IMG/VR virus record: IMGVR_UViG_3300046476_000353
Span: 2,975 to 66,974 of that record
Direction: 5' to 3' (one strand)
DNA from: a virus
Length of the DNA stretch: 64,000 nucleotides
Shown here: one piece after another, positions 46,227 through 55,948 of the stretch
How the letters are laid out: every line of letters starts with the position of its first letter
Numbering within the stretch: the first letter of the stretch is position 1
Notes under the pieces: model-generated
Databases searched by the model: none
What the model saw: only the letters and a program-made list of their open reading frames with translations
What the model was told of the DNA's origin: nothing
Translations under genes and position numbers: made by a program

Positions 46227-46946
46227 TCAAGCCCTACCGAGGAGGCGGGCCGCGTGCTGCTCCGCCGTCGACTTCGGCTTCTCGACCGCGGCCGTCTTCG
46301 GCGCCCCGGTCGGGCGGGCCTTCGGCTTCGGCGTCGCCTGCGGCAGCAGCTCCGGGTAGTCGGCCTTCACCCGGTCCACCTCGGCCTCGGCGCCGATGAG
46401 GTCGCCGTCGTCGTCAACGCTGATGGCATCCCAGTCGATGAGCTTCATCAGCCGGTCCGGCGCAGAGAACCCGGCCTCGGCCAGCGCTGCCCGGACGCCG
46501 GACTTCTTCATCGGCTCCCGGAACCGACGCTCCCCCTCCTCGCGGGCCTCGCGCAGGGCCTTCTCGTGGTCGGACTCGTTGGCGCGCCCCTGATCCTCCA
46601 ACTCCTTGTTGCGGAGCCGGTGCCGCTTGGCGTCCTCGTTGGCCTTCTTCAACGCGGCCTGAGTGCGCGCCCACTCGCTCTGCGACGGAGCCTTGTACTC
46701 GTCTTCCTTCTTGGCCGGGGGCTTCGGCTTCGGCTTGTCGTCCGGCTCGGGCTCCGGTTCGGCCTCCGGCTCCGGGTCGTCGGCGGGCTCGGGCTCCGGC
46801 TCGTCGTCAACGACGATGTCCGGCTCGTCGTCCTCGGCGCCTCCGGCGATCACGTGGATCGGACGGCCGTCGGCCCGGTAGCCGAGCACCGTCCCGGGCG
46901 GCCGGCTGATCGTGGTGCGGTGGCGGGTGGTGGTGTGGATGCCCAT
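46227..46946 (-). CDS. Capsid scaffolding protein
   Basis: Acidic Pro-rich region, ANEDAKRHR coiled coil, K..YPEL. Confidence 0.8.
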   Translation of the reverse strand: MGIHTTTRHRTTISRPPGTVLGYRADGRPIHVIAGGAEDDEPDIVVDDEPEPEPADDPEPEAEPEPEPDDKPKPKPPAKKEDEYKAPSQSEWARTQAALKKANEDAKRHRLRNKELEDQGRANESDHEKALREAREEGERRFREPMKKSGVRAALAEAGFSAPDRLMKLIDWDAISVDDDGDLIGAEAEVDRVKADYPELLPQATPKPKARPTGAPKTAAVEKPKSTAEQHAARLLGRA

Positions 46947-46997
46947 CTGTGTTCTCCCATCACGGGGTTGGCGGCGGCCCATCGTCGGGTGCCAGGT

Positions 46998-48014
46998 CTA
47001 TGCGGCGGCTGGGAAGCGGCCGTTTCTGAGTGCGGTGCGCGCGGTGGTCTCGACCGCGGGGAGCAGGTCGTCGACGGTGCGCAGGAGTTCACGGGCGGCC
47101 CTCAGCCGGACGGCACGGGACTCCGACGGGCGGGCCCGGCCGTAGCCGATAGCGCGCTCGGCCTCACGGCGCAGCGCCTCCGGGAACGGGATGCCGTCCG
47201 CCTTCCACGAGTCGCTCCACGGGACCACCCGGCATCGGCAGTGCGGGTGCTTCGGCGGCCCGTCGATCGCGGGCACGGTCGTGCGTCGCTGCTTCGGATC
47301 CCAGGACAGACCGCCCGGGAACGGCTCGTCGATCTTGACGACGCGGCCGGTGTACGCCAGACACACCGCGCAGGCGTCCGCCTCGGCCACCCACACCCGC
47401 AGCGGCGCCGTCGCCTGCACGACCGCGTCCAAGCCCTCATGCACGGCGATGTTGACCACCCAGGCGATGTGCGCCCGCACCGCCGGCAGCGCTGCCCTGG
47501 CTGCGCCGAGCCCGGCCAGCAGGTGCGACCAGCGCGTCACCCGGTCCGGATGCAGCAGGTGCAGTGCCCGGTCACGGCGCTCGATGACCATGTCCCGGAT
47601 CCGGTGCGCCTCGTCCCGCAACACCCGCCGCACGGCTGGCACCCGCGGGGCGCGGCGGCGCCGGCCGGACGCGGCGGTCACGAACGCGCTGCCCTGCTCG
47701 ACGCCCATCGCCAGTGCGGGGGCGAGCTGGTCGGCGAGGGCGCCGGGTGCCCGGTCGGCGACACCGCCGAGGATGCGGCGGACCGTGGACTGTGCGGCAT
47801 TGAGGATCCGGCGCAGCAGGTCGCCGGACAGGGCCTGGTGGTTGGGGCCGCCGAATGCTCGGGTCCAGGCCGTGAGCGTCGCCCGGATGAGGTCTTCGAA
47901 TGCGCGGTCCGACCGGGCGAGCGCGCGGGTGGCGGCGCTGTTCTCCAGGTCGATGACCTCGCCGGTGTGCTCGTCCTGGACCAGATGCAGCAGGCGGTCG
48001 CTGGAGTACGGCAT
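46998..48014 (-). CDS. MuF-like minor head protein
   Basis: W...ACAVC...PP.HPHCRC. Confidence 0.85.
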   Translation of the reverse strand: MPYSSDRLLHLVQDEHTGEVIDLENSAATRALARSDRAFEDLIRATLTAWTRAFGGPNHQALSGDLLRRILNAAQSTVRRILGGVADRAPGALADQLAPALAMGVEQGSAFVTAASGRRRRAPRVPAVRRVLRDEAHRIRDMVIERRDRALHLLHPDRVTRWSHLLAGLGAARAALPAVRAHIAWVVNIAVHEGLDAVVQATAPLRVWVAEADACAVCLAYTGRVVKIDEPFPGGLSWDPKQRRTTVPAIDGPPKHPHCRCRVVPWSDSWKADGIPFPEALRREAERAIGYGRARPSESRAVRLRAARELLRTVDDLLPAVETTARTALRNGRFPAAA

Positions 48015-49555
48015 CAGCGTTCCTCTTGCGCCTGCGCGAGCGCTTCGAGATCGTCGATCGTCCCGGACAGCAGCGCGGTGACCTGATCGCTGGTGATGAC
48101 GCCGAGTGTGGCCGCGCTCCCGAGTTTCTGTGCGGAGTCAGCGAGCGAGGCGAGGACGTCAACGCGGCGCTGCAACTCGGAGTCGTCGACGCCGGCGAGC
48201 CAGGCGTCGACCTGCTCGGCGCGGTAGCCGGACTCCATGAGTGCCTGCCGCCTGGGGACACCAGCGTCGATCTTGGCCTTGACTGTCTGCCAGCCCTCCG
48301 CGGTCGACACGGACCGGGCAGGTACCCAGTCGACGGTGATCACCGGGTTGGCCACGCCGAGGCGGCGCAGCGCGAACACGAATGCCTCATGCACGGTCGC
48401 GCCGTAGGAGGTCTGGCGGTTCTCGACCTTGCTGATGAACGGGCCGTCCTCCTCTTGGAAGGAGACCCCGGAGCGTTGGCGGCTGGACTGCGGGTCGAAC
48501 ATTCGCAGCGGCGTGTCGGTGATCTGGGCCATCGCCCGGATGTTGAAGTCCATCGGGGTGAGGAAGACGTTTGGTTGCGCCGCATCGAACTGCCCGACGG
48601 CTTTGAAGCCGCGGAGCAGCATCATCTCGCCGGGTCCGGCCTTCAGGCTGCTGTCCTCGCCCGAGTCCTTGGGGCCGAGGCCCTGTTCGGGGAACGGCCA
48701 GTCGTTGTCGGCGAAGTCCCCGGGTTCCAGATCGCTCGTGTCGGTGTTCGCGGTCTCGGTGAGCGCATACCGCTGCGGGAATCCCTGGTAGTCGACGGTG
48801 CCCATGTGCGTCTGTTGCAATTTATTGACGGCGTTCTGCGGGCCGTAGGCGCCGTAGTGCTCCGGCGTGCCGTATGGCCGGTCGGTGCGGAAGTGAAAGA
48901 CCGGCTGCTCGCCCCAGTCGTGCTCGATCGACCAGGACTCCGGGTCCTCGGAATCGGCCGGCCAGTGCATCCAGTCCTTGGCCTGCTCGCCGCGCGAGTT
49001 CGCTGCGGTCGTCCAGCGTTCGGTGCGGTCGTCGTAGTACAGCTCGGCCCGCTGGTACTTGCCCTCACACCATCGCTTGATCGTGAATGCCTTGCGGCGC
49101 GGATTGTCCTCGCTATAGATCACCCGCACCGTCTGCGGCGAGTTGTAGAACATTTCGACCCGCACGACCTTGCCGGCCTCGTCCTCGACGGGCAGGACCA
49201 TCAGGTAGGCGTCGCCGTACTCGCCGGCCCGGCGGAAGGTGTCGGGCATCTCCAGGTTGAGCTGGTTGTCTTGCCAGATCTGGGAGATGAGGGCGGTCAC
49301 GTCCGGGTCGGGGCTGGTGATGGCGGCGATCTTCAGCCGGTTGGTGACCGCGTTGACGGGGGTCTTGGCGAAGTTGAGGTCGAAGTCGATGCCGTGGACG
49401 GCGAGCGCGCGGCGGATGCGGGTGCTGGTGAAGACCTCGGGGACCTTGCCGTCGTAGTACATCGCGGCCTGGTCGTAGGCGGGGCGGGCCTCGGTCAGCT
49501 CTCCGATCCCGTACATGAGGTCGGCGCGCGCCATGTCTTCCAATGCGACCCCCAT
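48014..49555 (-). CDS. Portal protein (SPP1-like); start at 49555 or 49534
   Basis: YYDG, NFAKTPV, YGDAYL; follows the terminase. Confidence 0.88.
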   Translation of the reverse strand: MGVALEDMARADLMYGIGELTEARPAYDQAAMYYDGKVPEVFTSTRIRRALAVHGIDFDLNFAKTPVNAVTNRLKIAAITSPDPDVTALISQIWQDNQLNLEMPDTFRRAGEYGDAYLMVLPVEDEAGKVVRVEMFYNSPQTVRVIYSEDNPRRKAFTIKRWCEGKYQRAELYYDDRTERWTTAANSRGEQAKDWMHWPADSEDPESWSIEHDWGEQPVFHFRTDRPYGTPEHYGAYGPQNAVNKLQQTHMGTVDYQGFPQRYALTETANTDTSDLEPGDFADNDWPFPEQGLGPKDSGEDSSLKAGPGEMMLLRGFKAVGQFDAAQPNVFLTPMDFNIRAMAQITDTPLRMFDPQSSRQRSGVSFQEEDGPFISKVENRQTSYGATVHEAFVFALRRLGVANPVITVDWVPARSVSTAEGWQTVKAKIDAGVPRRQALMESGYRAEQVDAWLAGVDDSELQRRVDVLASLADSAQKLGSAATLGVITSDQVTALLSGTIDDLEALAQAQEER

Positions 49556-49639
49556 ACTCGACCTTTGAATCGAAGGATAGACGGTCACGCAAGTCGCTGT
49601 AACTATCACGCCACTATGCCTGGACGCTAGAAACGAAGG

Positions 49640-51187
49640 TCAGACGTAGCCCGCGCTCACCGCACTCGGCGGCGCCTGCTTCTTCACTGCCGGGATGAAC
49701 CGCCGCACGGCACTGCCGACGGCATCGACCATGTCGTCGTTTGGGCCCTTCGGGAACGTGCACATCTGCTGCTCCAAATCCGGCAGCTTCCGCGCATGCA
49801 GCACCCGGCCGCGCTCGTAGTGGGCCAGCACGCCCTCAGCGCGGACGAACTTGTTCTCTGACTGCGACACCGTCTTCACCTTCACCGGCATGTCGTGGAG
49901 GATCGCCTGCCAGGTGTCGCCCCCTTGGTTCACCTCGATCAGGATCAGCCCGATCCGCGGGAACTCGTCGAGCAGTGCAAGGACCCGGTCACGGAGTTCG
50001 GGGCCCGGCCGGACCTTCAGGGCCAGAGCTGCGTGCACGGTGCAACGTTGGCGCTGCGTCGACCACGCCACCACGGCCAGCCCGGTGAAGTCGCTGCTCT
50101 TCTTGGCGGTGGTCGCCGGGTCGATGCTCAGCATCATGTGCGTCACCGGGTCGGCGCCGGCCTCGTCCGGGTAGCGGAAGTCTTCCGGCGTCCACAGCGC
50201 CCCGTCCGCGGCGAGTGGATCGTTCGCCATGTTCTTCGCGTAGCTGCGGGTGTGCCGGATCTCCAGCAGGTAGCCGATCGGCCACTTCCCCGGCCACATC
50301 GACCGCTCCGTACCGTCCGCCCGCTCCACGATCGGCAGACTGTGATGCGCCCGGACGCCTTCCTCGCGGATCCACTCCTCGGCATGCACGCCCTTCGCCG
50401 CCCGGACCAGCTGGTGGATGATGCTGCCCGGCATGGTGACGGTCCCGCAGATCACCACCCGCGCGTAGATGTTCAGCGGGAGGATCGCGTCGATCAGCGT
50501 CGTCCGGCGCTTCGCGGCGAGGGCCGCAGAGTAGCTGCTCTCATCTGGCTCGATATCGTCGAGGAGCAGCAGGTCAGGGCGCTTCTCCTCGACCTTCATG
50601 CCGAGGCTGGAGCTGTCGATCCCGCGGGCCGCGAAGATCAGCCCGGACTTGGCGACGTACATGTTCTGCGTGTCGGCGACACTCGCTCCGGACGGGCGCT
50701 TGGCCGGCGCGCACAGGTCGGGGAAGTCGCGGCGCAGCAGAGGGTTGTTGTCGATCTCCCGCTTGAACGTGGCCAGATGCGTCTCCGCCTGCGTGGCGGA
50801 CGCAGCGAACGCGGCAGCGAACTGGATGTGCCCGTGCGCGGCCGCCCACATCGGCAGCAGGAGAAACCACCACGTGCTCTTGCCAGTGTTGCGAGGCGCG
50901 ATGTACGCGTCCCGCTCGGCAGCCGGTTCGGTCGGTGGGCGGACCCAGCGGCGGCCGGCGCGGCACCAGTCGAGGTGGGCGTCGCCGAACGTGATCCGGC
51001 CTTCGGTGTCTTTGAGGTGGTGGCGGAGGTAGACGAGGGCGAAGAGCAGGGGGTCGAGGCGGGTGAGGGTGCGTCGGCCTTCGGGGTCGGCGAGGAGGCG
51101 TTCGTCGAACTGGGCGAGGTAGGCGTGGAGGTTGAAGGTCTCGGCGTCGAGGCCGTCGAGGTAGCCGGTGCGGGTTGCCGTCGTCAC
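49640..51187 (-). CDS. Terminase large subunit
   Basis: APRNTGKST Walker A, LLLDDIE, IDPA..SDFTG, FP...DDMVDA. Confidence 0.93.
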   Translation of the reverse strand: MTTATRTGYLDGLDAETFNLHAYLAQFDERLLADPEGRRTLTRLDPLLFALVYLRHHLKDTEGRITFGDAHLDWCRAGRRWVRPPTEPAAERDAYIAPRNTGKSTWWFLLLPMWAAAHGHIQFAAAFAASATQAETHLATFKREIDNNPLLRRDFPDLCAPAKRPSGASVADTQNMYVAKSGLIFAARGIDSSSLGMKVEEKRPDLLLLDDIEPDESSYSAALAAKRRTTLIDAILPLNIYARVVICGTVTMPGSIIHQLVRAAKGVHAEEWIREEGVRAHHSLPIVERADGTERSMWPGKWPIGYLLEIRHTRSYAKNMANDPLAADGALWTPEDFRYPDEAGADPVTHMMLSIDPATTAKKSSDFTGLAVVAWSTQRQRCTVHAALALKVRPGPELRDRVLALLDEFPRIGLILIEVNQGGDTWQAILHDMPVKVKTVSQSENKFVRAEGVLAHYERGRVLHARKLPDLEQQMCTFPKGPNDDMVDAVGSAVRRFIPAVKKQAPPSAVSAGYV

Positions 51188-51188
51188 G

Positions 51189-51794
51189 TCAGCCGTCGCT
51201 GCTCGCGCCGTCCCGCAGTGCCTGCTCTTCCAGGCTGGTGCGGGCCTTCGCCTCGCGCAGCATCTCCTGGAGTTCGAGGTCCTGCTGGGTGACCTCGGTG
51301 ACTTGTGCGTCGACCTTGGTGGGTGCGTCGAGGCCGAGCAACTTGCGCTGCGATTCGTTGTTGCGGCGCCGCGCGTCTTCGATCTTGATGAGGCGGTCGA
51401 TGGCCTGGAGGACGGGCCCGTCATCGAGGAGCGGTTCACCGTCGACGGAGATGATCCGTCCGTTGTTGACGGTGATGTGATGTCGGGTGAGGACTTGGCG
51501 GGCGTGCTGCTCCAGGTCGTCGAGGCGCAGCAGTTCGGCTTCGAGGCGTTCGAGGTGCAGGATCCGGTAGGCGTCGACCTTGGGGTCAACGCGCCTGGCC
51601 AGCTCTTCCTTCAGCAGGTCGCGGGCTGTGGTCCACGGGATGCGGACGCCGCCGGTCGGCCCGTCGGGTGCGGCGGTGATCGCGTCGATGGCTCGGAAGG
51701 TATGGCCGGCGAGCTTGAGGTCGAAGACGATCCGGGCTTTCTCGGCCTTCTCGGCCCGGTTGGCGCCCTTGTATGGGCCGGGTCCGCCTGCCAT
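51189..51794 (-). CDS. Terminase small subunit
   Basis: HTH-like N-terminus, KLLGLDAP; precedes the large subunit. Confidence 0.75.
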   Translation of the reverse strand: MAGGPGPYKGANRAEKAEKARIVFDLKLAGHTFRAIDAITAAPDGPTGGVRIPWTTARDLLKEELARRVDPKVDAYRILHLERLEAELLRLDDLEQHARQVLTRHHITVNNGRIISVDGEPLLDDGPVLQAIDRLIKIEDARRRNNESQRKLLGLDAPTKVDAQVTEVTQQDLELQEMLREAKARTSLEEQALRDGASSDG

Positions 51795-51932
51795 GTCTGC
51801 CTCCTCGTCCTCGCACTTCACGGCCTGCGACCTTTGAATCGTAGGACACATGCGCCAATCGGTCGCGGATCATGGGCTCGATCCGGTCGGGCGGGTGCAT
51901 CATTGAAGGCATCCCGGCCAGAGGGGGCAGTC

Positions 51933-52130
51933 ATGGTCAGCGACCGAGGGGGCCGCGCAGGCTTCGTGTACCGCACGCGCTTCGCGGTGTACCGCGCACT
52001 GCGCCGACAGGGTGCCTCGAAGTCGAAGGCCGCGCAGATCTCGAACGCCGGCCGGACCTTCCCCCAGCGCAGCATGATGGCCCGGAAGGCAGCGAAGACC
52101 AGGCAGGCGCGGGGGCGCAAGAACCGCTGA
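51933..52130 (+). CDS. Small basic protein
   Basis: YRALRRQGASKSKAAQISNA; very K/R-rich. Confidence 0.6.
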   Translation: MVSDRGGRAGFVYRTRFAVYRALRRQGASKSKAAQISNAGRTFPQRSMMARKAAKTRQARGRKNR

Positions 52131-52141
52131 GGCGGCGGCGA

Positions 52142-52176
52142 GAAGCCCCGGGACTGGACGGCGGTCCCGGGGCTTC
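52142..52176. terminator. Bidirectional hairpin
   Basis: GAAGCCCCGGGAC...GTCCCGGGGCTTC between convergent genes. Confidence 0.7.
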
Positions 52177-52182
52177 GGCGCG

Positions 52183-52839
52183 TCAGGAGCAGGATTCCTC
52201 GAACTTCACCGCGTTCAACGTCACCGGCTGTCCGGTCAGCTTCGCCCCCGCCGCGGGCTTTTGGGAGCACACCTTCCAGTTCGACTCCACCAGCACGAAC
52301 CGGCTGTCCCCCGTCGCATCGTTGACGGTGATCGACGTGCCGGAGTCCAGTGCCGCACGCGCGACCTTCACTGCCTTGCCTGCGAAGTTCGGCATCGTCG
52401 ACCCTGCGGCGGCCGGCGCAGCCTGGTCTGTGGCCGGGCAGGTCTCGTCGAGTTTGACCGCGCCGAAGTCCAGCTTCGTGTCGGCCGGGACCGCCTTGCC
52501 TGCGGCGGGCTTCTGGGAGCAGACCTTCCAGTCGCGGTCGAGGATCTGCATGCGGCCGCGGCCGAGGGAGTCGTGGCTGTCGAGCCCATAGAAGCCGGCT
52601 GCCTGCGCTTTGTCCTGTGCGGACTGGAGGCCCATGCCGGCGAAGTTGGGGATCGGCTTTGTCTCGGTGTCTGCCTTCTTCGCGTCGCCGCTGTCGGCTG
52701 AGGCTGGGGCGCCGACGGCCGGGGTGGTGGCGGTGCCTGCCGTCGGGGTCTTGTCGTGGTTGGCGCCGACGGCGTTGCCGATGGCGCCGAGGATGAGTAC
52801 GCCGCCTGCGAGGCCGCCGATGAGTTTCCAGTTGGCCAT
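52183..52839 (-). CDS. Membrane-anchored protein with two PASTA-like repeats
   Basis: N-terminal TM helix; two PNFAG...WKVCSQKPAAG...AVK.EE.C repeats. Confidence 0.8.
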   Translation of the reverse strand: MANWKLIGGLAGGVLILGAIGNAVGANHDKTPTAGTATTPAVGAPASADSGDAKKADTETKPIPNFAGMGLQSAQDKAQAAGFYGLDSHDSLGRGRMQILDRDWKVCSQKPAAGKAVPADTKLDFGAVKLDETCPATDQAAPAAAGSTMPNFAGKAVKVARAALDSGTSITVNDATGDSRFVLVESNWKVCSQKPAAGAKLTGQPVTLNAVKFEESCS

Positions 52840-53001
52840 GGTTCCCCCTGGGTTGTGCGGGTTGTGGTGGTCGGTGAGAGTACGGAGGGGGATGGTGGCG
52901 CGTGGGGTGTGTGACGGGGTTGTGACACGAACGGGTGGCGGGCGCGCGACGGAGGGGCTCGACCGGGTGGCGGTCGAGCCCCTCAGCTGTACGGGATGCG
53001 G

Positions 53002-53352
53002 TCAGCGGATACGGCGGACCGGTTCGGCGGACCGACCGCTCCAACCGGTGAAGCTCGCGCTGCGGCAGCCGGCCGCGTACTCCTCCAGCTCCGGGAGCAC
53101 CTGCGCCCACAGCTGCGCGGCCCGGCCTTTACGCTCGGCGAGCTGCGCCTCACCGCCGCCCACGACGATCTCGTGGCCTTCGTTGGCCAGGGTGTAGGTC
53201 TCGTTGTACAGCTCCCCGAACGGCTGGACTCCGACGATGGAGATGTGGTGGTCGAAGCCGTCGGCACCCCCTTCGGTCTCGGGGTTGTCGGTCCAGGCAT
53301 CGCGGGCTCGGGCGATGATGCGGGCGGCGGCGGTCTCGGTCATGGCGGTCAT
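53002..53352 (-). CDS. Hypothetical protein
   Basis: ORF with plausible composition. Confidence 0.5.
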   Translation of the reverse strand: MTAMTETAAARIIARARDAWTDNPETEGGADGFDHHISIVGVQPFGELYNETYTLANEGHEIVVGGGEAQLAERKGRAAQLWAQVLPELEEYAAGCRSASFTGWSGRSAEPVRRIR

Positions 53353-53491
53353 CCTGTCGTAGTCGGGTGGACGCGGTGGGGCGAATCGGCCAAGCGGCGA
53401 GGAGCTGGACGCGGTGGGCGATAGGGCAGTCGACGGGGTACAGCACAGCCGCGGTGGCGAGGCCCGGCCCCGAAGGGCCGGGTGGGGTGGG

Positions 53492-53842
53492 TCAGCGCTC
53501 GGAGTTCAGATACTCGTCGCTGTGGCCGAACACGGTCGAGGCGCGGAAGGTCTGTTTCGCCGCACTCTCCAGGGCCTGGCTCGCGTCGAACAGAGCGTCC
53601 ATGCGTACCCGGTTCGGTGTCCCGTCGGATGCGGGGAGGAGCTCCGCCATAGGGGCCTGAAGTGCCATCCCTCCGTGTTCGGTGACGTGCTTGATCTGCG
53701 CGATGAACCCGGTCCAGTAGCCGCGGTTGTGGGTGTCCTGGTCGGCCGCCGTTTGGAGGGCGTGGACGAAGGCGTCGGCGGCGTCGGTGAGGTTCTCGAT
53801 CGCGTTGAGGGCTTCGGTTGAGACCTTCTGCTTGTCGGTCAT
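53492..53842 (-). CDS. Hypothetical protein
   Basis: AAGGAG RBS. Confidence 0.6.
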   Translation of the reverse strand: MTDKQKVSTEALNAIENLTDAADAFVHALQTAADQDTHNRGYWTGFIAQIKHVTEHGGMALQAPMAELLPASDGTPNRVRMDALFDASQALESAAKQTFRASTVFGHSDEYLNSER

Positions 53843-53902
53843 GGCGGTCTCCTTGCGGGTCTGGCTGCGGGTCTGGTTCGTCTGCTGCGCCGTGAAGTTG
53901 GT

Positions 53903-54634
53903 TCAGGCGCCGTCCTTGCGGTCTCGCTCGGCCTTCTTGCGCGCCTGGTACTCGCGGGAACTTCTCGCCGTGCACGTGCGGCAGACCCGTTGACCACGGC
54001 AATACCTGGTGTTGGCCTCGTCGTACGGGTGGCCATGCGGGCAATGGGTCCTGTCCCCAGGCAGCGGAAGGACCGCTCGCCCTTCCTGCTCCGCCCTCTC
54101 CCGTCGCTGACGCCTGTCCAGCTCGCGGTGACACTGGTAGCAGGCCCGGCCACCGCTCGGGCGCACGTAGAGCGCATCGCCCTCCAGCTCGTGACCGTTG
54201 ACGCACGTCGCCCTCTTCGCGTGCTCGGCGGCCCAGGACAAGCTGGTCAGCACGTTGTCGCGCGGGGTTACGGGCTTCAAGTGTGACGGGTTGGCGCACC
54301 GCCGGTGGAGGCACTCCTCCCCGCCCGCGCACTCCTGACGCTTGATCGCTTCGGTGTGGCAGGCATGGTCAAGGTGCATGCCGTCAGGGATCGTGCCGAC
54401 AAAGGCCAGGTACGAGAAACGGTGAGTATTCACGCCGATGCCCTGGATCTTGGTCATTCCGTACTTGGTGGGAGCGAGATACCCCGTCCAGTGCCAGCAA
54501 CCGTTGTCCGCGACTTCGAGCTTGGCCGCGAAGACCTGAAGGCGCTTTGCGGTGATCGTCCGCTGTCGGCCATTGGCGAAGGTGATCGTCGTAGGGGTCC
54601 AGCTGTCGAGCAGTTTTTGAATCGCAGGATGCAT
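53903..54634 (-). CDS. HNH endonuclease with C-terminal Zn repeats
   Basis: CWHWTG, HRFSY, LDHAC..CANPSHL..VT..DN; two C..GH...R.C..C repeats. Confidence 0.88.
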   Translation of the reverse strand: MHPAIQKLLDSWTPTTITFANGRQRTITAKRLQVFAAKLEVADNGCWHWTGYLAPTKYGMTKIQGIGVNTHRFSYLAFVGTIPDGMHLDHACHTEAIKRQECAGGEECLHRRCANPSHLKPVTPRDNVLTSLSWAAEHAKRATCVNGHELEGDALYVRPSGGRACYQCHRELDRRQRRERAEQEGRAVLPLPGDRTHCPHGHPYDEANTRYCRGQRVCRTCTARSSREYQARKKAERDRKDGA

Positions 54635-54646
54635 CTTGTTCCTTCG

Positions 54647-54994
54647 TCAGGCGGCGAGCAGTAGGCGGGCGGCGAGTTGGTGGTAGCAGCGGCTGCCCTT
54701 GAGGCCAGCCGGGCAGTTACAGCCGGTGGGTGCGGTGCGGTAGGTCTCGGTCCCGTCGGTGGAGACGGCGATGAAGACGACGCTGCGGAGGGGGACGATC
54801 GCGCCGTCTTCGATCAGCTCGCGGGCCGACTGGATCTGGTGGGCCTTGTAGTCGGTGGTGTCGACGGTCTGCGCGGCGCGGCGGACCTTGGCGGCGCAGA
54901 CCCTTCCCCGGCCGGCGGCGATCGACTTGGCGGAGGTGAGCTTGCGGCCGCAGCCGAGGCAGTGGGCCTGCTGGGTGGTGGCTGCGGCGGTCAT
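54647..54994 (-). CDS. Zn finger (DUF6011-like) plus SWIM-type protein
   Basis: CLGCGRKLT..S...G.G.VC; CNCPAG....CYH. Confidence 0.7.
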   Translation of the reverse strand: MTAAATTQQAHCLGCGRKLTSAKSIAAGRGRVCAAKVRRAAQTVDTTDYKAHQIQSARELIEDGAIVPLRSVVFIAVSTDGTETYRTAPTGCNCPAGLKGSRCYHQLAARLLLAA

Positions 54995-55035
54995 GTGGTG
55001 CTCCCTCGTTCGTGGTGATGTCTCCACTATGAGGC

Positions 55036-55087
55036 CTACGCGTAGCCCTGTCAATAGGGCTACGCGTAGCTCTTCCTGTAGGGCTAC
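55036..55087. promoter_or_regulatory. Operators and divergent promoter
   Basis: CTACGCGTAG palindrome twice plus an AGGGCTAC half site; minus-strand TTGACA (55054-55049)-17 nt-CATAGT. Confidence 0.65.
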
Positions 55088-55108
55088 CCGTCGCGCTAGA
55101 GTGAGAGC

Positions 55109-55390
55109 ATGCCCAAGGACTACGCACCCCCCCGAGACGACGCCGATACGTTCGCCCGCTACAAGACCGCCTACGAGGACGAGCGCACGCTGAAGCCCGA
55201 GATGCTGGAGTCCGCCGACCGCGCGCTGAAGGCCGGCGCCACCGTCGGCCAGCTCGCAGCCTGGACCGGGCTCACCCCCGAGGTGTTCCGCCGCCGCGCC
55301 CGCGCGCTCGGGGTGGAGCGGAAGAGGCCGCCGACCGTAGGCAAGCTCGCCCCGGAGCGCCCGGTGAGCAGCGAGGGGAACAACGCATGA
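55109..55390 (+). CDS. Small HTH repressor
   Basis: GATVGQLAAWTGLTPEVFRRRAR. Confidence 0.7.
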   Translation: MPKDYAPPRDDADTFARYKTAYEDERTLKPEMLESADRALKAGATVGQLAAWTGLTPEVFRRRARALGVERKRPPTVGKLAPERPVSSEGNNA

Positions 55391-55695
55391 GCGAGATCGT
55401 GCAGCAGCTCACCAGCCAGCAGGTCAACGATCTACGCCGCCAGTTCGATGAGCGCGCCGCCAAGGGGCTCGGCACCGTCCTGCGCGGCCTGCCTGCCCCA
55501 CCGCTGCCTCGCTGTCCCGCCTGCGCCGCTGAAGCCGAGCGCGTCGACCAGCGGGTGGAGGACCCGAAGTTCGAGTTCGGTGCCGACGAGCGGGAGGTGC
55601 GCATGCGGTGGCTGCCGTGTGGTCACCGGTTCCGCGCGGTCATCGAGCTCCTGGACGTGGGTCTGGTGCGCCCGGGTGAGGAGCCCACCACATGA
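55387..55695 (+). CDS. Hypothetical Zn-binding protein
   Basis: CPAC...PCGH; coupled ORF. Confidence 0.6.
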   Translation: MSEIVQQLTSQQVNDLRRQFDERAAKGLGTVLRGLPAPPLPRCPACAAEAERVDQRVEDPKFEFGADEREVRMRWLPCGHRFRAVIELLDVGLVRPGEEPTT

Positions 55696-55889
55696 GCGCT
55701 GACCTTGCCGAGATCCTCGCCCGCGAACTGGGTGACGCCGACGCAGCACGCGATGCCCTACGCGACCGGCTCGACCGCGCCAACCGGGCCCTGATCCAAG
55801 TCCTGTACATCGCCGAGGTGATCGACGCGAACGGCATCAAGTGGGCAGCCGACTCGGTGCGAGCGGCTGTACGTACAGCCGTCGAGTAG
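55692..55889 (+). CDS. Hypothetical protein
   Basis: Coupled ORF followed by a hairpin. Confidence 0.55.
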   Translation: MSADLAEILARELGDADAARDALRDRLDRANRALIQVLYIAEVIDANGIKWAADSVRAAVRTAVE

Positions 55890-55948
55890 CCCGCTGCGTG
55901 ACGGAGGCCCCGCCCTATCTCGGGAGCGGGGCCTTGCTGCGTCCTCGG

